Assembly: GCA_964619725.1 (NCBI GenBank)
Contig: CAZUFC010000049.1
Location: forward strand, 1 to 56,363
Source: an uncultured bacterium
GTDB taxonomy: Bacteria > CSSED10-310 > CAZUFC01
Reading direction: 5' to 3'
Length of the DNA stretch: 56,363 nt
Shown: one piece after another, positions 49,521 to 56,363 of the stretch
Layout of the letters: each line of letters opens with the position of its first letter
Numbering within the stretch: the stretch's first letter is position 1
The notes under the pieces: generated by a model
What the model saw: only the letters and a program-made list of their open reading frames with translations
Database searches by the model: none
Told to the model about the DNA's origin: nothing
Program-made: the position numbers and the translations under genes

Positions 49521-49719
49521 GTGCCTGTCCATAAACTCGAATCTTGATTCAAAATTTAATGCTGGACAGCCACTTGGGTTTTTGATCCATAAACGGGCGA
49601 ATTTTTCTTAAGGCAAGGAAGGCAATGATTTGCGAGGTAGGGGTATTGCTTATACGTTGACTGAGCAAATCCGCAGCCTGACGCAGTATTAGGGAAAATC
49701 GCCGTTTATGGACAAAAAC
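49521..49719 (+). mobile_element. MITE-like family B, full-length 199-bp copy (B1+B2)
   Basis: Termini GTGCCTGTCCATAAAC / GTTTATGGACAAAAAC flanked by TAAATA on both sides. Confidence 0.88.
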
Positions 49720-49730
49720 TAAATAATCAA

Positions 49731-51362
49731 TCAAATCCAGGTTTTTCTTTTTGTCCGGCATATCAACACCGAAAGGAACAACATGATGAGGGTCAGTTTG
49801 CCGATGTAGCCGAAAGCGGGTATGGGCGGAGGTGAAGGAAGAGGGGTCAATGTCGGAGAGGGAGATAGCGGCGTTAAAGTGGGGGAATTGGAGGGTGAGG
49901 CGGAAGGGCTTGCCGTTGCTGAAGGAGTAGATGAAGGGGTGGATGTCATGCTCGGCGTCAGGGTTGGTGATGTCGTTTCGGTAGGCGATGGAGTGGGAAT
50001 GATCGCTCGTTGAGCGCGGAAGTTATTGTGAAAGAGCCAGTGGTATGGTTCGGGCTGGGGAATGGAGCCGTCATCCATAATATTGGTTCCATGATAACCA
50101 TATTGGTTCCAGATGCTCCTGCAGTCGGACCAGGTTTCTCCGACAGGTTCGAACGCCCGGACGCCCGTTTTCGATCCGAAAGCATAGTTGTTGCATACCG
50201 CAACGATTTCCGCTTCGCCGTCATCGTCGATATCTGCCGTCAAAGGATATTCGATAAGCGTACCCGAAGGATTTTCTATTTCATGAAGAACTGAGCCTAT
50301 AGCGCCGTCATATACTCTCACATAATAATGGTCCTGTCCGACCAGTTCGAATATGCCGTCGCCGTTGAAGTCGAATGCCGTGCAACCGGTTCTTTGAGAT
50401 GACGTGTCCACGATTGGCTGCTGCCACAGTAATGCTCCCGAACCGTCGTACACGCCGATGTGATCCCGGCCGGATACCGCCGTCTCCGGATATCCGTCAC
50501 CGTTAAAGTCAGCTATGCATGGCGCCCCGTTCCCGCCGCCCTGATGAGAAACCGGACCCCATAGTTTTGTCCCCCCGGAATCGTAAAGATAAAGCGATCC
50601 CAGGAAGAAGAAAACCACTTCTGGATTTCCGTCAAGATCAAAATCCGCCGCCGCACAAGCTCCGAAAATATTATCAGGCGCCTGCCACAGTATAGTACTA
50701 TCGTAATTATAGACCGTGCGCCCTTCAATAATTTCCAGGAAACCGTCCAGGTCCAGATCGACTGCTGCAGCCTGCAGAAAACCCTGCTGTTCGGAACCTG
50801 TCCACAGCAGATTGCCGTTATTGTCCATAACGGTAGTTCCGCAGATAATCTCGGGTGTTCCGTCGCTCTCCAGATCGGCAATAGTGAGCGTTCTAATTGA
50901 CTGAGTCGCTGCTGGAAGGGCGCTGTACCACTTGAAAGAACCGTCATGCTCGAAAGCCAGGGTCCCGTTGCCGATGACCGGCGCTGCCGGCGCTACTATT
51001 TCCACATATCCGTCGCCGTCAATATCCGCTGCTGCTATACCCCCGCTGGGTTGAACATGATGACTCGGTGAAGAAACAGACCATAGTTCCGTTCCCGTTG
51101 CCGCATCCACAGCGCGTAAAACTCCATAATTCGAGTATCCTGTCGTTGTGCTCCACGTGCAAAAAATAACCGCAGGCTGCTGTCCGCCCGGCCCAAGCGG
51201 CGCTATTATCGCCGGTCCCATTACCTGCGTATGATCCGGAAAAACAGCGCTGGAATTCCAGTTCCATTTTTCCTGAAGATCAGCATGCACGCAACGAACT
51301 GATAAAAAATGTAAAAAAGCGACGGCGAAAAATAACCGCTTATTGATTGAAATTCTGGTCAT
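49731..51362 (-). CDS. Secreted FG-GAP/VCBS beta-propeller protein with P/T/S linker and IPTL-CTERM-like tail
   Basis: GGAGG RBS; signal peptide; ADIDGDGxxEI repeats; ends PIPAFGYIGKLTLIMLFLSVLICRTKRKTWI. Confidence 0.87.
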   Translation of the reverse strand: MTRISINKRLFFAVAFLHFLSVRCVHADLQEKWNWNSSAVFPDHTQVMGPAIIAPLGPGGQQPAVIFCTWSTTTGYSNYGVLRAVDAATGTELWSVSSPSHHVQPSGGIAAADIDGDGYVEIVAPAAPVIGNGTLAFEHDGSFKWYSALPAATQSIRTLTIADLESDGTPEIICGTTVMDNNGNLLWTGSEQQGFLQAAAVDLDLDGFLEIIEGRTVYNYDSTILWQAPDNIFGACAAADFDLDGNPEVVFFFLGSLYLYDSGGTKLWGPVSHQGGGNGAPCIADFNGDGYPETAVSGRDHIGVYDGSGALLWQQPIVDTSSQRTGCTAFDFNGDGIFELVGQDHYYVRVYDGAIGSVLHEIENPSGTLIEYPLTADIDDDGEAEIVAVCNNYAFGSKTGVRAFEPVGETWSDCRSIWNQYGYHGTNIMDDGSIPQPEPYHWLFHNNFRAQRAIIPTPSPTETTSPTLTPSMTSTPSSTPSATASPSASPSNSPTLTPLSPSPTLTPLPSPPPIPAFGYIGKLTLIMLFLSVLICRTKRKTWI

Positions 51363-51478
51363 TACTGCTTCCTCCTTCCGGTCAGCGCAATAAGATTAAC
51401 AGTTCCGGTCCGCTCAATATTTTACTGATTTATTAGCGAGATAACAAAATCAGGAACTTTTTTACCACAGCTTTTTTT

Positions 51479-51655
51479 GGGACTGATCAAGCCGGCATTA
51501 CGCTTTTTCAAAAGATCAATTGATTGAAATCCCCATTAAGAAATTAACCCTCACCCTCAACTGTCTGATTTAACCAAATCAGCGCTTTTTTTTCATTGAG
51601 GGCCTTTTGTTCCGGTATCAGGGCAGGTATCGCCATCGCTGTCGCAATCGTAATA
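51479..51655 (-). mobile_element. Degenerate family A copy
   Basis: GGGACTGATCAAGCCGGCATTAC terminus; eroded hexamer run GGTATCGCCATCGCTGTCGCAATCG at ~51626-51650. Confidence 0.5.
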
Positions 51656-51864
51656 AATAATTACGCGGATATGTGTATTGTCGTTATCAGATTCCCAGGG
51701 ATGCGATCCTGTGATTTGATTTTCGTTTTTTTTGATAGTAATAAAAAATGATCGGGAGGACTCTTGTCGAAACCTGGAGTTCGTTTTGAATTTAACTTGT
51801 TGAAAGGAATCGAATTTAATTTAAGGAAATGCTTGGAATTGTCTGATATCAAAGGAGAAATTTT

Positions 51865-54800
51865 ATGAAACATGTTGGAAGCAGAACTTTGCTGTTGATT
51901 ATGTTTATTTTCATGACCAGCGGGATTTTTTTGACTTCATCCGCGTGGTGTCGCTCCGACGGAGAAATTTACGGCGGTTTTGAAAGCAGCGACTGGTGGA
52001 CTGAAGTACGGCAATCAATCAAGGATTCCGAATATTGCATAACATTTTCGGACGAGGTTGTGCACAAGGATATCGGTTCAGCGTATCAGGCTCCGAACAG
52101 GCGTAATGATTTTCGAACGTATTTTCCGGGTTCTGGAGTCGTTTTTACGCCGAGGAAAAAAAGTCAGGAAGGCTGGTTATGTCGAATCGAACTTTCGGGA
52201 ATGGGACGCGGTGAGAGATTCGAGCAGGTATCGGCGCCCGACGTCAACGTAGTAAAGAACAGGCTGGAATATTGCCGGGAGGGCCTTGTAGAGTGGTATG
52301 CGAATGAGGAGAAGGGGCTGGAGCAGGGATTCACTCTTTTGAATCGTTCTTTTGAAAACGATGGTGAAGGCCGTTTTTATCTTGAACTGGCGGTAACGGG
52401 CGATTTAAGTCCGTCGGCGAGATGCGTTTCAGTAGAAGCGATAGAATTAAGGGACGGTTCGGGCAAATCGATATTGAGATATGGAGAACTGTACGTTGCT
52501 GATGCCGTCGGAAGAGAGCTGGAATCGAGTTTGTCCGTGACGGAAAATGGAGCGATAAGGTTATATGTAGACGATGCCGGCGCTGAGTATCCCATCTTCA
52601 TCGATCCTTATTTTACGGCAATGGTCCTGGAACCTTTATGGACTGCTGAAGGCGACCAGGATTACGAATGGTTCGGATATTCGACGGAATCAGCCGGCGA
52701 CGTTAACGGCGACGGATACGAGGACGTGATAGTGGGCGCCCCACGGTATGACTGCAGCACAGGTAGGGCGGTTCTCTTTCATGGTTCGGCTACCGGACCT
52801 TCTTCCACGCCGTCCTGGACCAAGATAGGAGAATCCAGCTCAAAATTCGGTTATTCCGTATCTCCGGCAGGCGACGTGAATTCCGACGGGTACGACGATG
52901 TGATCGTCGGGGCTCCCGGGTCCTCATGCGGGATTCCCGGCGGAGCGGCTTACGTATATCACGGTTCACCATCGGGATTGAATTCTTCGCACGCCTGGTC
53001 TCATATTTGCGATCAATGGACCTATCAGTATGGATATTCGGTAAACACAGCCGGGGATGTGGACAACGACGGTTACGACGACGTGATTGTCGGCGTAAAC
53101 TATTATGGTATGGATAATTCAGGGTATGCCTACGTATATCACGGTTCGGCCTCAGGCCTAAGCGCTGCAGCCGATTGGGAAGCCGGCGACTACAATGATT
53201 ATGAAGAGTTCGGAACCTCAGTAAGCACAGCCGGCGACATCAACAATGACGGATATGACGACGTTATCGTCGGCGCTCCCCGTTATACCTCCTGCGGCAA
53301 CGGTTCCCTGGAAGACGGTCGGGCCTATCTTTATCACGGAACTTCTTCAGGACTGGAAACGAATTATTCCTGGGCGGTTTCATGCGACGACAGTTGGTCT
53401 TATTTCGGTTCCAGCGTCAGTTCCGCCGGAGACGTCAACAACGACAGTTATGACGATGTGCTGGTGGGCGCACGAGACTACGGTCGCTACGGCAAAGTAT
53501 TCTGCTATCTGGGTTCCGATACGGGATTAAGCGGTACGCCGGACTGGAGCGTTGAAGGGCCGCCTTCCGATTACGGACAATTCGGCGCGGGTTTGGCTGC
53601 AGGCCGAATTAACGATGACGATTTCAATGATGTAATTATCGGCATGGAAGATTACGCTATGAATAACGGCGCAGCCTTCGTCTATTACGGAACGGCTGAC
53701 GGACCGGCTGATCTGCCCGCATGCAAAGCTTACGGCGGGTATGATGCAAAATTCGGTTGTTCCGTCGGTTCAGGCGATTTCGACGGCGACGGGCTGGACG
53801 ACATCATCGTCGGCGCCCTGAGATACGGAGATAATTCCGGTTTTGATCCGGGGAGAGTCGTCATGTTCAATTCATTGAACTTCACAACGCTGGAAATGAA
53901 TCCGTGGTGGAGTTATGAGGGCGAGCAGGAAGAGGAGCATCTTGGCTTTGCCGTGGCTTCTGCAGGCGATGTGGACAACGACGGTTACGATGACATTATC
54001 GTCGGCGCTCCCCATTATGATACCTGCTCGAACAATGTGGGCAGGGTTTTCGTGTTTCACGGTTCAGAAACCGGGCCCGGCACATCTCCGAACTGGACGC
54101 AATACGGCGATGACGATTCTCCGATGTTCGGTTATTCCGTCGCTTCGGCCGGAGACGTCGACAATGATGATTTTGCCGACGTCGTTATCGGGGCGATAGG
54201 CGCTACCTGCGCCAATCCCGGAGGAAGCGCATTCGTTTATCACGGGTCTTCTTCAGGCTTGAGCGGCGCTCCCAACTGGACCGATACGGTTTCCACCTAT
54301 TACGCCAATTTCGGCTGCTCGGTCAATTGCGCCGGCGACGTGAACGATGACGGATACGATGACGTGATCATCGGCGCAAGATACAGCGGTAATGATTGCG
54401 CCGGTCACGCCTACGTCTATCACGGTTCTCCCGCGGGATTGAATTCTTCTCCGGGCTGGCAGGCGGGTAATTACATCACTTACGAAGACTTCGGCGAAGC
54501 CGTGGCCGGCGCCGGCGACGTCAACGCAGACGGGTACGACGACGTCATCGTCGGCGCTCCCTATTACAGCTCATGCGGATGCGGCGGCTCAGAAAGCGGA
54601 CACGCCTACGTCTTCCACGGCTCCAGCTCAGGCGTCAGCCCGACATATACCTGGCTCGTCACTTCGGACTGGTACTGGAGCGAATTTGGGTACGCCGTTT
54701 CAGGGGCCGGCGATGTCGATAACGACGGATATGACGATGTTGTGGTCGGCGCCAGAAGCTATGGTTGCGAGGCAGAAGGTAAAGTTTATCTTTTCGGAGG

Positions 54801-55299
54801 CTCATCAGCAGGGCTGGAAACCGCGCCTTCTTGGGAAAAAATGGGCGATATGTACGGAGAATTCGGTTCAAGCCTGGCAGGCAATGCCGACATCAATAAC
54901 GATGAATATGCCGACGTCATTATCGGCATGAAAGCCTGGAACTACAATAACGGAGCTGTCTACGCATTCGCAGGCTCAGCAGAAGGACTGGAAAACGAAC
55001 CCGTTTGCGTCTCCTATGGTTACGATGAAGAACTCGGATGGGCTGTCGATACCGGCGACGTCGACGGGAACGGCATAGACGACATTATCGTAGGCTCGCG
55101 ACTCTACTCTAAACAAAATTCATCACAGATCGGAAAAGTCTCACTCTTCTCATGCATTCCCCCAGTTCCCACGCCAGTTCCCTCACCTACGACCATCCCA
55201 ACTCCTGCTCCAGTGCCTGCTATGGGCGGCGCCGGTATAGCCCTGCTCGCTGTCTTCTTCGGATCAGCGCTCTTCGTCTTAAGAAAAACCGTGGCGTGA
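51865..55299 (+). CDS. Secreted integrin-alpha-like FG-GAP protein (duplicated propeller) with IPTL-CTERM-like tail
   Basis: AAGGAG RBS; signal peptide; 14 FGxSV..AGDVNxDGYDDVIVGAP-type repeats; ends PVPAMGGAGIALLAVFFGSALFVLRKTVA. Confidence 0.9.
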   Translation: MKHVGSRTLLLIMFIFMTSGIFLTSSAWCRSDGEIYGGFESSDWWTEVRQSIKDSEYCITFSDEVVHKDIGSAYQAPNRRNDFRTYFPGSGVVFTPRKKSQEGWLCRIELSGMGRGERFEQVSAPDVNVVKNRLEYCREGLVEWYANEEKGLEQGFTLLNRSFENDGEGRFYLELAVTGDLSPSARCVSVEAIELRDGSGKSILRYGELYVADAVGRELESSLSVTENGAIRLYVDDAGAEYPIFIDPYFTAMVLEPLWTAEGDQDYEWFGYSTESAGDVNGDGYEDVIVGAPRYDCSTGRAVLFHGSATGPSSTPSWTKIGESSSKFGYSVSPAGDVNSDGYDDVIVGAPGSSCGIPGGAAYVYHGSPSGLNSSHAWSHICDQWTYQYGYSVNTAGDVDNDGYDDVIVGVNYYGMDNSGYAYVYHGSASGLSAAADWEAGDYNDYEEFGTSVSTAGDINNDGYDDVIVGAPRYTSCGNGSLEDGRAYLYHGTSSGLETNYSWAVSCDDSWSYFGSSVSSAGDVNNDSYDDVLVGARDYGRYGKVFCYLGSDTGLSGTPDWSVEGPPSDYGQFGAGLAAGRINDDDFNDVIIGMEDYAMNNGAAFVYYGTADGPADLPACKAYGGYDAKFGCSVGSGDFDGDGLDDIIVGALRYGDNSGFDPGRVVMFNSLNFTTLEMNPWWSYEGEQEEEHLGFAVASAGDVDNDGYDDIIVGAPHYDTCSNNVGRVFVFHGSETGPGTSPNWTQYGDDDSPMFGYSVASAGDVDNDDFADVVIGAIGATCANPGGSAFVYHGSSSGLSGAPNWTDTVSTYYANFGCSVNCAGDVNDDGYDDVIIGARYSGNDCAGHAYVYHGSPAGLNSSPGWQAGNYITYEDFGEAVAGAGDVNADGYDDVIVGAPYYSSCGCGGSESGHAYVFHGSSSGVSPTYTWLVTSDWYWSEFGYAVSGAGDVDNDGYDDVVVGARSYGCEAEGKVYLFGGSSAGLETAPSWEKMGDMYGEFGSSLAGNADINNDEYADVIIGMKAWNYNNGAVYAFAGSAEGLENEPVCVSYGYDEELGWAVDTGDVDGNGIDDIIVGSRLYSKQNSSQIGKVSLFSCIPPVPTPVPSPTTIPTPAPVPAMGGAGIALLAVFFGSALFVLRKTVA

Positions 55300-55559
55300 G
55301 GTGAAGCGAGTCAAAAAACTATTTTCATTTCTACAAAGACTCCGGGGTTACGAACTGTCGCTCCATCATCGCTATTTTCGCATGATCGCATCCCTTTTCG
55401 CCGCCTTGACATATTACGACAATACTATTAAATAAAACTATGCTCAACTTTGCTGCCGAATCCCTTTAAACGTGAAGCAAAGTAAACAGGATGCCGTCAG
55501 AAAAGTTGGAATACTGGAAACTCATATTGTTCACTTCTTCTCGAATCGTTTAATGACTT

Positions 55560-56255
55560 ATGAAACAAAAAAGTTTCTCATCGCGAATCGAAATAAGAAA
55601 ATTTCTGCTGAACGGTCATAAGTCGCGAAACATTCTCCTGTTATGCGCTCTAGTGACTTTCATCTTCGCCGTTGCGCTGGAGATCAGAGGTCATGATCCC
55701 CGCAGGTGGGAGCAGGAAAAGTTGTTCGCTGCACTTGAAAAACTTATTACTACTGATAAAACCGAAAGAATTAGCAAACTGGCCGACATCGGTTTGAAAA
55801 AATTCGACGAGGCGCCGGAAAACAAGGCCACACTTTATTTTTTTAAAGCGCATGCCTTGAAAAACGAGAAAAAATACGAACAGGCGCTGCAGCATTACAA
55901 TAAAGGCTTGGAAGTAAATATCCCGTTCGATCACGTCAGGGTTCCTTTATACCAGGGGAAGGCCGAAGTTTTAAGGTTGACGGAGCGGTATGATGAAACG
56001 ACTGATTTATACATCCGTTGTCTTGGAGAGATAAACAACAATACGTACAAAATGTGGGCGCTGCAGGAAGGATGGGTTCTGCTTCGGGATACCAAAAGAT
56101 ACGACGAGGCTGACCGGCTGATCGCCGCCGCCAGAGAAGCCTTCAGCGGAGACCCTGTTCGGATGGAGGAAGTATCGAGGATTGAATCAGAGCTACGTCG
56201 TTTAAAAAGCGAGTTAGTGACTGTCCACAAACTCGATTGTCGATTCAAAATTTAA
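55560..56255 (+). CDS. Membrane-anchored TPR protein
   Basis: N-terminal TM segment; TPR-like YFFKAHAL...YEQALQHYNKGL; last codons come from a family B repeat. Confidence 0.7.
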   Translation: MKQKSFSSRIEIRKFLLNGHKSRNILLLCALVTFIFAVALEIRGHDPRRWEQEKLFAALEKLITTDKTERISKLADIGLKKFDEAPENKATLYFFKAHALKNEKKYEQALQHYNKGLEVNIPFDHVRVPLYQGKAEVLRLTERYDETTDLYIRCLGEINNNTYKMWALQEGWVLLRDTKRYDEADRLIAAAREAFSGDPVRMEEVSRIESELRRLKSELVTVHKLDCRFKI

Positions 56256-56363
56256 TGCTGGACAGTCACTGCGGTTTTTGATCCATAAACGAGCGAATTT
56301 TTCTTAAAACAAGGATGGTAAGGATTTGCAAGGCAGGGGCGGCGCTTATACTTTGACTGAGCA
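56217..56363 (+). mobile_element. MITE-like family B copy (cut by window end)
   Basis: GTGACTGTCCACAAACTCG...GGACAGTCACTGCGGTTTTTGATCCATAAACGAGCGAA...TGACTGAGCA, colinear with 49521-49667. Confidence 0.85.

Noticed and set aside
49214-49761. ORFs 49214-49408, 49549-49761 and, similarly, 34732-35061 and 23577-23786
   Set aside because: They are translations of the 8-bp arrays or the family B element and have no coding features.

Overview
A 56-kb bacterial chromosomal segment, probably from an uncultured anaerobe (taxonomy cannot be fixed from sequence alone). Housekeeping and regulatory genes are pepC, rnhA, pta, pgi, a P-type ATPase, an M16 peptidase, an ECF sigma/anti-sigma pair, an NtrY/NtrX-like two-component pair, an FHA-sigma54 activator and a SWIM-SNF2 helicase. 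These are interspersed with many secreted repeat proteins (delta-60, FG-GAP/VCBS, SBBP, Gly-rich). The strongest signal is that seven unrelated exported proteins split cleanly between two C-terminal tags. Three share a ~115-120 aa domain I cannot name (VxLxMP...GD...LD...YxFxPS...FxWPxGAG...D...Fx[W/Y]), a candidate new sorting or anchoring domain. Four end in an IPTL-CTERM-like tail. Intergenic DNA is colonised by two non-autonomous MITE-like families. Family A has 8-bp target duplications and a variable CGANNN hexamer core. Family B is modular and has TANNTA flanking repeats. Orphan 8- and 9-bp degenerate arrays also occur. Decay events include an in-frame restriction endonuclease::methyltransferase deletion chimera, a frameshifted SBBP remnant and an in-frame TAA in the delta-60 gene. 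No rRNA, tRNA, CRISPR array or transposase was seen. All family assignments come from motif recognition by eye, not database searches.
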